A DNA stretch of 63,849 nt, filler included, from Platydemus manokwari (lineage: Eukaryota), in assembly GCA_037951405.1 (NCBI GenBank). It is 6 parts of 6 records of this genome, joined end to end, with 100 filler letters (N's around TTAATTAATTAA, not from the genome) between each part and the next. Parts side by side here need not be neighbours in the genome. Positions count along the whole stretch, not along the records: positions 9,174 to 19,324 come from JBBMOY011162991.1; positions 19,425 to 28,372 come from JBBMOY011324206.1; 4 more parts are not named here. The stretch is one strand, 5' to 3'. The notes beneath the pieces were generated by a model. That model did not search any database, had not been told where the DNA came from, and saw only the letters and a list, made by a program, of their open reading frames with translations. Position 1 is the first letter of the stretch, and the number at the start of each line of letters is the position of its first letter. The translations under genes and the position numbers were made by a program. Of the stretch, positions 12,731 through 25,300 are shown in pieces.

Positions 12731-15700
12731 ATGAGTTTCGGTAGTCCTGCAAAAATATTTTCTCCTAATAATACAAATCAAAATGCAGTAAAACCTTTTT
12801 CTAATTTTCCGGCTAATATGCCAATGCCAACATCACAAATTCCAATGAAACCAGGTGCAGTTTCTATGGGTGTAATGATAAATAATGTCGCTCTGAAAAC
12901 ATACACCGATTTTCACCAATTAATAGATTTATTACCAAGTAAAGATGATGTTGACAAAAAAACAGAAATCGCAAAGTTCCTAAGTAGAACTAGAAATTTA
13001 CTAATTCGACTTCAAGCTCTTAATAAATGGACACCATCTGCTCAAAAAGTTGATAAATGTGAAAAAATATCCAATTTATTAGACGAACAAAGTTCTTTTT
13101 TGATAAAAACAGCAGAAGATTTATCTATTTTAGCCCAAGAAAAGTTACCTTTTGCTCGACTTCATAATATTTTACCCATAATAGCAGCAGATATATTTGC
13201 CACAAAAACATATTCGAGGCTTCCAAATCAAATAAAACTATCTGTGTTGAAGTCACAAAGGATAAACAAACTGGACAAAATTAGAATGTTCAATGAATTA
13301 GATAGAATTTTAAGAATACGTTTAAGCAATTCCAAAATTCCTTATCGAATGAGAAATATAGATATTTCAAATGGGAGAGTAACGTTTACTGTGCCAGATG
13401 AATTTATAGTGACATGTACGCTGATGTCTGACCATTTTGATCATCCTTGGAGACTCTTGAATATAAAATTTTTAGTAAAGGGCAATAATGTTTGTCGTGG
13501 GAGATCATTAGTGCATGTTAATCATTTGAAGGCCATGCACGAAATTATTCAATTGAGATTAAATGCTACACATCTTGATAATCGGCCTTCTTTGTATCAT
13601 TTATATGATATGATGCATTCAATGAGTATATATTTACAGTTGGACGTTCTTCACGAACAAGTTAACGAATATATTAGACATGGTCATGGAATACCAATTT
13701 ACGATGTCCGTTATGTTCGGGGATCTAAGCTAACGTTTTCATATTGGTATAGAAGTGAGAAATATTCTCAGAGGCCTAAACATACGATTTCCATAAATCT
13801 CGATGAAGAAGAATCACGACGTCCATTGAAAGTTAAACATCAACCTGCATTATGTTTGGATTATAAATATACGGAAAAGATATTAGATGCTTCAAATCTA
13901 TCGATAAAAAATTTAATCACAGAATCAATTGTTGCAAGGATTTATTCTACTTTGAAAGTGAGTTTTTCTCTTTAACGAATTTTTATTTTATTTAATAAAA
14001 ATAATAGCCACTTTTTTAAAATCATGAAGTTGGGAAGTTAAATTTAATCCTTCCGCTCTTCGTTGGGGGAATCCCTCTTAAAATATTGGAAATTTCTTTG
14101 CTTATTACTGTTTGATTTTATATTGCAAAACAACTATTAAAATGTCATTATCGATTATCAGATTGTTCAACGATTGTTTTTCCCTTTCAATGATAGCAAT
14201 TGTGTAGCGGGACCGAATCCCGTATTACTGATTCCCGTTCTCACAACCAATAACAAAGATAACAATTATGTAAAAATACAAATTCAATCCAGTACTGGTT
14301 ATGTGAAAACGAGTTTCGAAATGCCATACGATTTCATGAATCGATTTAAAGAGAATAAAATCACGAAAATCCTCTCCGAATTGGATGCCGACATAAATGA
14401 ATTGCTGTTGAAATCGTTCACATCGTTGGATATTTTCGATGCGAAAAAGATCATGAATGTCAATGAGAATCGAGACATATTAAATCATCGACGAGACATT
14501 TCCAATTCCATGAATAAACTGCGAATCATTCTCACCAAATACGAATGTCTATCCATTCTACAAAAAGCTGGATTCAAAGATTTGCATCTGTATTTGAATC
14601 GGCCACCGATTTGTAGGGAAAAGATTGTCGAGAAAAAGAATCGCAATCCCATTTATGAAATGTTCGACCAGGAAGCCAAAGTTGGCGATGATTTTCATTG
14701 TGATAAATATGGATTTATCGATTATTATTATTATTACAGGGCGATTGTGAATTGTTATTCATTCCCATTAATAATGAATGGAATTATTTTATTATTATCA
14801 TATGCGAAACGAAATATCGTATGGTGCCCAATTATCGTATCTATGGATTGAGTACCACCAAGGTGTTCACGGTTGCTAATACATCACCATATACTGAGAA
14901 AACATGGACATTGCGACCATTGAAGATATTTTCTATCCCATGTGAAGTGATCAAGAAAATCAGCTATGTTGTAAGATCTATAATATGTTTATTGCTACAC
15001 ACACATATGATGTTGATATGGTTGAATGATTTCAATATTTATCATTCAGAAAATGGATAAATTGCAATTGATTGATGCTAAAGAAACATTGAAACGTGAA
15101 TCGGTAACATGTGCTGATTTGTTGTACAAGATCCATGCGAAAAAGAGGAAATTGGAATCGGGATCCATTGGATCCATGGAGGAGAATAATGATGAGGAAA
15201 TATCAGGACAAGTGATTATCCAATCATTACCAGCTATTATTGGATATATGAAAGATAATATCATTTTCAAGCTCTTACTTCATGAGGTGGATATTAATTA
15301 ATGATAAACTTTGATATCGCATGATTCTTGTTCTTAGATTGAACGCCGGAAAATCTTATTCGAGAGTGAGCGAATTAATGACGAAATATTCGTCCATTCA
15401 TGTAAAATTAAAAGGTATTTATTTTATTTACTCATTGATGATTTCCATCGATTGAGCTTATAATAGATTTCCCGATGTCAAAGGTTGCAGTGCTCGAGCA
15501 ACTAGTTTTATGAATAAAATGCTAGCCTATTGCTCAGTTGTGTATGTGGCTCGTCCTCAAGAATGTGATGGCACATCTCATATTAAATGGGAAGCGGAAT
15601 TATTCATGATGACACCGTTTTCGCTTCTTGACAAATCGGTTATCACATCCAATTTGTACTCGAAAAAAGTCGTTCTGTGTTCCAAGAAGTGTTTGGAGGA

Positions 15701-18495
15701 AAATCGAACCGGAATTAGAGAGGCAGTTGAGAAATTGATGTCATTTTGGGAAGAGATTTGCCACTTTGGTGATTGTTTCTTGTTGCCATTGTTCGACAGA
15801 CCTAGTAGGTTTCGGTTATTTGTTCCGCTTGATTGATTTCATTGAATGATTATTGTGTGAAATAATGAGTTTGATCATCATTATCATCATATAAATGTAT
15901 TATCGGATCTAGTCTGTCAGCAATTGTTATTAATATGATTCTATTTAGGTGTGATTGGGACGGATTTTAAACTCGTTGATTATCGATTCAATGAAGCCGT
16001 GTTCAGTTATGGCAATGATCAACAATATAAAGTGAAATATTAAATATAATCATTATAATATTGTTGAGGTTGGGATAATATACATATAGGTTGTCATTTC
16101 ATATTCAATCATATCGGGATTCAGCGTTTCTCCAGAAATTAGTGATAGCCATATCAATAAATTCACTTTGACCAATCCACACATTCTGATCAAAAAAGAT
16201 CTCGAAAATTATATGAATTCAAATAAGAATATTGTTGCATTGATAAAGGTAAACGATTTGAAATTTCTTTCGTAAATAATTATAATTGATTAATAATAAT
16301 TATATTGATTAATGGGATGATTCAAATTTATTGAAATCATTATAAATTTGAAATTTTATTCCTTTTAGTTTTCGAAAAGTTAGTTACTAATTTGTAGACG
16401 TAGATACACTTGTAAAACCAAAAAGAAAGATTTTCTGACGTTTATTAAATATTCTTGAAGTATTTTAATTAAAAAATTGAAATTATTTAAATAAAGACTT
16501 TGTTTTAATTTTCACGTGAGATGATTATTTAATTTTTTGTCAAATTAATCAATGTGATAAAATTGAATAAAAATTTACAATTGAAATTGTAATAGGTAAT
16601 TTAAAAAACGATGACAGATAAGTATGACATAAATAAGTTAATATTTGATCACGATTTATTTATCTTGTTATTAATTATAGATGCTGTCAGATACACTTGA
16701 ATTCTTGAACAACATATATCCATTCAGTAATTCCACTTTAATGGTTGTTCAAGATAGTAATTCAACCCAATTGTTGAGGAATTACTCTCTCATTATTCTT
16801 GATGCTTATCACGTTGTCCTAGTTTTCCGAGAACGGTTTGCTCTGAATATCATACTTAACAACGAGACTCACACAGTACTTTTGTCTGATGCTCACAAGA
16901 ATTTCCATGCGTGCAATATGAGCATTAAAGAAATGCCATTGTTTGATGTGAGTTCATTTTAAAATTCAATATTTTTGACTAATTTTTCATTAGAAATTCA
17001 TGTGGAGTTTGGAGGAGGCCTATCGAATGAACATTGAAGGTAAATTTTGTGGACAATTAAGTAAATATTTGATAATTTATACGTGGTTATGTTATCAGTT
17101 TATAAATTTTTATTAATTAATCTTTGTTGAGGCCTGAAATCAAATACGGTGGGATATATTTCGATATGATCTTTTTCGTTTTATTATTCACTATTATCGA
17201 AAAATATTTAATTTTTTAATATATAACCACGCAAATTGTGTAACAAGTCACATAGGCTTGAATTGTGTTGAAATCTTCAATTATAAATCTGATTATCTTG
17301 GAAATTCTCTCGGCTAAACGGTGTTGTCAAAGGTGTGTTTCACTGCAGCGATTGAGAGAGATATTGATTCGTCAATGATGAAAAAATTGATAATTTTATT
17401 AATCAAACGATTCATTATCTGACACATTAATAATACATTGGTTGTTATTTAAATATTTAGATCAGAATCACTGCTTCAGTCCAATAATTTATAATTTTAA
17501 AATCAACAGTTTAGACATTGAGAGAATTAAATCTGTTTTTATAGATGAGGTTTGGTCTGGGTTATTTGTGGATCAATTAGCAGCGTTGTTGTGTAATCAT
17601 GATGCCAATGGCAACAAATCATCTCCGACGTTGCTTGAGAATTATTTACTATCAGCGTTACAGTTAGGAGCCCGTGAAGAGGTTCTTTTCCAGTTGCCTT
17701 GCGGCAAAGAAGGAAAAATGAATTCGGGTGGAGAACTTCAAATAGAGTTCAAATTGCGAGAGAAAATCATCCCCAATTGGGAACTACAAATGAAAATCAA
17801 GCGTAACGATTCGAACCAGACCGAAAGACCATGGTTGATGGAGAATGATTTAGAATCACTTGCCAAAAATCTATTTGAAACAAAGGTAAGGTCCAGTTCT
17901 GATATTATTTCAAAGTCTTTCTTTCATTCAATTTTATCATCGTGAAGTTCTTCTTTTTAGTTAAAAATAAATTATTGATTTCCATTTTTGTATTCAATGG
18001 ATTAAGACTTAAAATTCTTAGATCCGAGCCCCGAAGCAATCTGAAAATGGTTTGAACATGTTCAAGAGATTATTGCAACTGCCCAGCTTTAATCTGCAAT
18101 ACAATTTGTTAAAAATCCTCACACAACCACCGACAACTGTGGAACACGAATCAAAAACCTTGGTGTCAACGATCGATATTGATTGGGGGAATTTTCAAGA
18201 AGCGATCAGTCAACCGCAAGAGCCATCGAGCATTTTGCTCAGGTTCATTCTGAATATCAAATTATATCAGACCACTAGCAATACATTGGAGAAATCACTC
18301 AATTTGCCCATCGTATTGCATTATGCAGCAAAATCCAATCAGATTGCCATGTTACACGGCACAAATCCTCAGATCCAACGACAAAATCTAGATAAAGAGG
18401 CTAATAATTTGCTAGTAGGCAAGATTAATGGGGACACCCCATTAATCGCATTCGTCAACAAATTGATGGCCAACACAAAGGATTACTTGAATTGA
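12731..18495 (+). CDS. MED14: Mediator of RNA polymerase II transcription subunit 14; 12 exons: 12731-13957, 14162-14680, 14740-14970, 15050-15286, 15338-15414, 15467-15804, 15949-16031, 16090-16248, 16681-16947, 16994-17039, 17461-17885, 18022-18495 (~1360 aa)
   Basis: N-terminal Med14 domain (LLPSKDDVDKKTEIAKFLSRTRNLLIRLQALNKW; GRVTFTVPDEF...L....PWRLLNIKFLV; LQLDVLHEQ) and internal NPH motif. All introns GT-AG and phase-consistent, summing to 4083 nt with no in-frame stop seen. Confidence 0.93.
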
Positions 18496-19324
18496 ATTTT
18501 GTTAATAAATTATTTCCATTAGTTTTATTACTGTGTTAATTATGATCCAGGTTTTGAGTTGTTGTTTATTTTATAATGACCCATTTTGTAATTGCGAAAT
18601 ATTGAATACTTTTATTCCCACTCACCTATCACCATGACATTGTCATAAAAAGGCCAAAAATGCTGTGAATTTCGCCATTTTGGTTATAGCGAAAATAGTA
18701 CGACATTGGAAAAGAATAAATCATTAGAATTGCAGTACAAAGAAACAACAGCATTAAGAAATAAAATAAATCGGAATAATGAGCCAACTGCTGATGATGA
18801 GATTGAGTTTATCTTCACAAATTCAATTGACTCAAATGAGATGAAGTCATCAACAGTGGTATCAACCAAAATAAATGTGAAGCTATATGTATATGTATAT
18901 TTGAACCCAAACCACTATTTTCAACAGTGTAAAACAAAAATGACTTAATCACACAATGTTAACAATTTATTTTAATCAACTCACTTTCATAAAACCTTCC
19001 TAAAATCTTTTCACCCTTTAAATCTATTAATTTATAAGTCACAGGTTTCGTTTTATAAACCTCTTTAATAATAAATATTTCATTAGTGAATTTTGAAGTA
19101 TAACCTTTTTCGAATTTAGCTTTATATTTAAATATCCTAACATAATCTAATACATTGAATTTTGGTTTTACATTATTTTCAGTAATATGTTTTTCATAAA
19201 TCTCTTTAACAAGATCAGGATTTTCTGAAGCTTCAACAGGAGTAACTCCAATACTAGAATGAATTTTATTATTATATTTATTTACTACACTCTGTAATAA
19301 ATAATTATTCCATTTTTGATTCCC

Positions 19325-19424
19325 NNNNNNNNNNNNNNNNNNNNNNNNNNNNNNNNNNNNNNNNNNNNTTAATTAATTAANNNNNNNNNNNNNNNNNNNN
19401 NNNNNNNNNNNNNNNNNNNNNNNN
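19325..19424. other. Artificial contig spacer
   Basis: 44N-TTAATTAATTAA-44N. Confidence 0.98.
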
Positions 19425-19476
19425 TCATGGTAAAATATATTTGGTATATAGTCTAACACAAAGTCAGACACTTTAC

Positions 19477-20809
19477 CTTTCATTTTAGTTGTCCTTTCTG
19501 CTGAGTCACCTAAAAAAACATATTAAAAAAGAAACACTTTTAAAGACATATCAATACATTATAAAATGTTCATTATCAAATCTCTTTGATAAATATTGTT
19601 GAAATGGATTATGTCACCATCGAAGACAACAAATGATTTCCTAATAACTTTGTAATAAAATCACAGATATCGTTTAATTTTTAAGCGTATATTAAAATCT
19701 GAATTATGAATTGAGGTGCATTTCTCGTTTAATAATTAGCGCAAATCTTTAATATTTGATTATGAGAGAATCATTGAGATATAAAGATATCCCTAATATC
19801 TACAAGCATTTTAATTCAAAAAGGTATGAAACAGAGTTAATTTGTCAAAATATCAAAGATTTTCAAATAAGCATTATTTAAGAAAAATTATATATATATA
19901 TATCGATGATTGTAGAGCTCATCTTCATTCTAAAGGATTTTTATAAACCTGGAGACTATGATAACGTCACTAAACCTTTTGAAAATGTGATATTGGTACT
20001 TTTTTCGGACAAAAGGCATCTAAGCAACTTAGCATTTGAAATTCTTCGATTCATCGCTTTGTTAAAGTGAACTTGGATTTCAAAAGATTTTTGTTTTCTT
20101 TAATAACTTTGATCGACGACTGAGTTTCTGTAAAGACAATATTTTTACCAGAAGACCTTCAGCTCATGCAGAAAATTGTTTGGACAGATGAAGTTAAGTT
20201 CTATCCTAATGAATCAATTAATCATCCGTGTTTATTGGTCTGTTAAAACCAAAATCGATTCCATACGTAATTCGTAGGTCAACTCGATATCAATGGTTGT
20301 CTAGTCATTTCGATAAAACAAGTTACCGCGCTCTATTTTCTCAAGACAGCTGTCATTATAGAAAATCTTTGTGTTATTTAATATGACGGACATTTTGAAA
20401 ATAAATTTTGATAATAGATGTATTTAAAAAAATGTGGCTTGTAGAAATTAGGTTTGGGATATCCTGTATATATGTAGGGTTAAATTAATATTTTCATTAA
20501 TGCCGACAGAAATATTTTATTCATAAAACAATATGATATTTATCAAGAAATATTATATATTATTTTATATTTAAAAATATAAACTTTAGTGAACATTATT
20601 TCTAACAAATAGCTTATATAAATTCTAAATATTAATATCTTTATATTGAAACAATATAATATGAAATTAATCAAGAAAAAATTATGGTGACAATTTTCAT
20701 TTTACCGCATATTTGCATTAAAAAAAATCATCTCACCTTCGGCAATAAATTCGGTGAATTTCGTTGCAAAATCTTCTGTGAGAATACTTTCACAGTCCGA
20801 AAATTCCAT
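19477..20809 (-). CDS. 5' part of unidentified gene: exon 20809-20737 (MEFSDCESILTEDFATKFTEFIAE) and 33-nt micro-exon 19509-19477 (GDSAERTTKMK); cut off by the contig end
   Basis: ATG-started exon with strong donor G|GTGAG. Micro-exon bounded by tttttttag and AG|GTAAAG, phase 1/1, open frame. Confidence 0.55.
19784..20466 (+). mobile_element. Internally deleted Tc1/mariner-superfamily DNA transposon
   Basis: Degenerate TIRs (left gatatccctaatatctacaagc, right gcttgtagaaattaggtttgggatatcctg) flanked by TA. Decayed transposase FDRRLSFC...QKIVWTDEVKFYPNESINH..VYWS at ~20108-20245. Confidence 0.7.
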
Positions 20810-22331
20810 TATTCCAAAAATAATAACTAATTGAGATTCAAAGAAAAGTGTTAAAATTTCAAAATTTAATTCTCAACATTAACAATTGAAGTTTTCTTGA
20901 CAACGAGATCATTATCATCAATAATACACACACACAAACACAGTGTTGTTTTCTTCTATTTATTTGACATTTCAGCTGATCGCTTCTGTTAAACAAAACT
21001 TGTGCCAATTGATAGAGACGTTTTAATTTCAATTTCATACATCAGGTGTCAGCAATGTATTGTTTGCAAAAAAAACCGTTTTACCAATTAGCATACCAAC
21101 ATGGGGTCAACATATATATAATTTCAGATTAGAAAGTGGTGCTAATTCCTTTTCAGTGAATTTGAACGGTAACAATAGAACTTCTTATTGTTTGTAAATA
21201 ATTGTCAGTCAAAAGTAATATCGAAATGAATGTTATATCACAACGGTGAGCGTTTGTGTTTATAGATCTTTAATCAAGCATGACTAAGAGAAAATAAATA
21301 AATAAAAATTATTGATAAAATTAATAATTTTTTGCTTGAATAGACTCATTTCATTTTACTGTATAAAGAAAATCTAGCATATCTGAGAAAATCAGATTAT
21401 ATGAAGATAATTGTTCTTATCGTGTACATGAAATGAAATTTACTAATAGAAAATCGTGTTAATAATAAAATTTATTTATTTAGACAAGCATATTTAATAA
21501 AAAATCTCGCGCTCGATGATTTTACTAAATCTGAAAATTTGATATTCACATGATGGTCCTTGATTTCTTGACTTATAATGGTCCTTCGTATTAAAAATCA
21601 TTTTTCGGTTCGTTGTGAAGATTCTTCTCTTCCAATACTGCTTTTCTCACATTTTTAATTCTATTCCTTTTGCAATCTCAGCCTATCAGTTATCCCTTTG
21701 AATTTTAAATTGAACGTACTAGGATTATGTGTCTAGATATCATTTTGCATCTGACTTCGGATATTAAATTGATTTTCCGAATTATTCAACTAATCGTTTG
21801 ACTGAGAAAATTATTTAATTGAATCATTCTTCCGAGATGCAAATGATTTTGTTTTAACCGAGTTTTTATTTAACTTTAATTTGTTGTATTGAAATAAATA
21901 TTTAGTTGATAAATTTAGTTGAACTATTTTTTGTGTGGTATTTAATTAAAAATATAAAAAATGAAAAGCAATAAATGCATTAAACTTCTAAGTTTGTTAA
22001 TTTTAGGGTTCAATTTGTTGTGACAAAGTCAAGAGTTGGTGTGTATTGGGTGTGTTCAACTTATAATTGATGTTTTTATTTCCAAAGTTTTAATTATAGC
22101 TACTGATTTGTCAGCTGGTATTGTTCAACTCCTGTATATGAGAAGTAGCCATTTATTTAGTCTAATTGTTATCATCGTTCTATACTGATTCCGATTGGTC
22201 GGTGCTTATGTCTGTATGACTGAGTAGATATTAATGTATGCAGGGTATCGAAACAGGAATTCTAAGATTATAAGAATCATTTTTACTAAATTTATCCCAT
22301 GCTTAACGCTGATGAGAAATCATATTACTTT

Positions 22332-25300
22332 ATGTACATTTGTTGCTACGAAAACAAAATCCATTTACAAACGACCAATGCGAGAGTTATGAAATCGGAT
22401 TCTGGTAAGCAGAAATGACTTCTAAATAGATATACTGCAATCCGTAAATGTTCAATTGGTTAATCTTGAAAAAATCGTTCAATGCCTTTGGTTAAATAAA
22501 AGATAAAGATTTAAATCGTAAGTTTAGAAAATTTAAAGAACACCAAAGAGCCATGGTAAATCATATATTTTGAATAGCAAAGAAAATAAAAATAATAATT
22601 GTAAATAATCAATAAAATGATTACATGACAATTATAAATCATGAATCAACCCTTGGTAAAACTTATTTATTAACTAGTTTTAAATTAAATTAATTGTTAT
22701 AATAGCAATACGAGATATTGGATTATCCAGCTGGACGAATAAAAGTTAATTATGGATTAATAAATTTCTATTTTTCCGAAACTAATCTGTATAATATTTG
22801 TATACCAGATGCAACATTATGTACGATACAGTTATTGTTTCTCATTTGTATCACTAAATTCGATGAGTAAGTGCAGGAATTATTTTTATAGTTGTTTTAT
22901 AATTTTAATAAATTATATTTTCCTTTGATTTTAAAAGAAAATTATAAATATTACAGTTAATATTTGCATATGTAAATTGCATGTAATTTTAGCCATTGAA
23001 CAGCAGGTCAGTACTTTAAATGAAAGTATTTAGAAAGTTATAATTTGTCTGACTCTATTAGGTATTTTTGAAAACACGATATACATTTGGTTTGAGTACT
23101 CCTCGAAATTCTGTATTGAATTTTAAAAGGCAAGACATGAGATTGATATATGATTTTTTAATAAAACAGCTTCATTAAAAATGTGACCAATTATTTTCAA
23201 TTGAGAGATTTTTCTATTAAAAGGTATTTTAACCATTTAAATGCCTTAATGAAAAATTTAATATACTTATATATAATGTCTAAAGCACTACAATCTATAT
23301 AAATTGATAATATCAAATTTTCTGATAAAGTTAAGAAATGGTTCCTAAAATAATATTTTATAATTTTTGATTGATTGCAAAAATCTGTATATTTATATTT
23401 ATACACAAATGTACAAGCTTAATTTTTTATGTACAATCAGATTATATGCCAGCATGGGCAAGCCTTAAAATTTACATTTCAATCTGCGCGACCACAAAAA
23501 ACAATTCATACAACAATTCATTCATTATGGTTCTTCATTACCGATATAGATATTGGAGCAGTGCAGATGCCAGATTCTTGCCGAGTCTCTTATTGAGGTG
23601 ATTGATAATTCTGCTGCAATGGCCGACAAGTTATCCTCGGGTATTCTCATCTTTTTGAGTGTTGATAATGAGGTGTTTGGAATTGTCCCGAGAGAACCGA
23701 CTATTATTGCCAGCAACTCGACCTTGAAGCTTGGTTTTGCTTCTCGTACTTTCGCTGCCAAACTTTTATAGTAGGCATCATTCCTCAATATTGCTGTAGC
23801 GATTGTATCTGATTGATCAATCGGGCACTTTATATCAACAAGGTAGATTATTTTCTTTGACACGTTTTCAATATAGATATCGATGCGCATTCTGGACTCG
23901 TCACCACAACCTTTGAGATATGGGATTATCTCATTAATTGAGATGACGAAGTCTGGGTCTTCTATTGCATGATATATGATCTTTAAACAAGCATCGTGTC
24001 TGCTCGAAATGAGTGTGCTGTTTAGTATACACACTTAAAGGACATGTGCCATTGTTTCTTGTGCTGGACACCTTCTGCATTTCCTTTTACTTGTATCTCT
24101 ATTCATTGGACTCGCGTTGACTGGAAAAGTGTTTGTTCTGGCTTTGTGGATGAAATTCCAGGCAAACGGACCAATTTCACCACTGTAAATTATCTTGTTG
24201 AGCTTGGTGTTGTGGCTCACTGTTTGGCATAGATAGTCGCTAGTGTTACTTGTCGCCCATTGCAGCAGATAAGATACGTGAACGGTTTCGTGTAGGATTT
24301 TTGTGATTTGTTTAAGATGGCATATTTGTATGACTGATGTTATTTTTCTGGCATCTGTAAGTCTGATATTGAAGAATCCATCTGCACATTCGAATGAGAT
24401 TGTTGTTTTGTGGGTAACTTTGAAATATGTGATTGCTCTTCTAAATCGGACCCACCATGCTTTGCGTGCATGTTTGTTTGATTGCGGGTCTACTTGTCCA
24501 TTTAGCCATTCTAATGGTTGGTTTGTTGTTGCGTTTTTTGTTCGAAGACGAGGCCTAGCTGCAAATCTCAGTGAATTTCTGATCAGTTCAGTGACACTTT
24601 TGTCTCGGGAGTTTAAAAGCTTGAATGCTTGTACAATTTGTTGTAGATTGTATTCGTCATAAAAATCTCGTAGTCTTGCTCCTCTGTTTTTCGATGATAC
24701 ATACAGATAGCAGTTTTGTGATTGGTTTGGTACTGCTACAATTTCCTTCATGATTTTTCGAATCTTTGTACTTGGGTTTCCGAGTCTTGTGTTATTTTGT
24801 CCATTTGATGGTTCTTGTAAAACATTCCTCTTTATTTCCCTAGTTCAAAATGGAAATGTTAGTCTTGGAAGGAGGAATGTTTTTGACTGCTTTTAATTTC
24901 TGATGTTTGTGGAATTCAGATGCTTTTATTGCGCTTGCATCGTTGATGAATTGTTGGATGATTTTGTATGGATTTTGATCTACTTTGTCTCCAACAGGAA
25001 ATCCAAGGTAATCATAGAATTTTCCAGGTTCAAGTTTTTGAATGAACTTACCATCAATTGAGATTCTGCTGGTTTTTGATTTATGGTCCGGTATTGTTAT
25101 GTACGCACATTTTGATAGCTGAAACTGCAGATTTATTTGTTTAGCAGCTTCACTAGCTATGCAGATCTTTGGCATTATTTGCAACAATAGCTAGATCATC
25201 ATAAGCCAGAATTTGCATCTTTTGGCCTAATATTTCGACTTTTTCAATGTTTGCTGCGTCCAACGTTAGCAATAAAGGATTGATTGCTAATGAAAAGAGC

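Noticed and set aside
18690-18948. 80-aa ORF downstream of MED14 as a third operon gene
   Set aside because: No ATG start, no recognisable domain, and no further exons before the gap.
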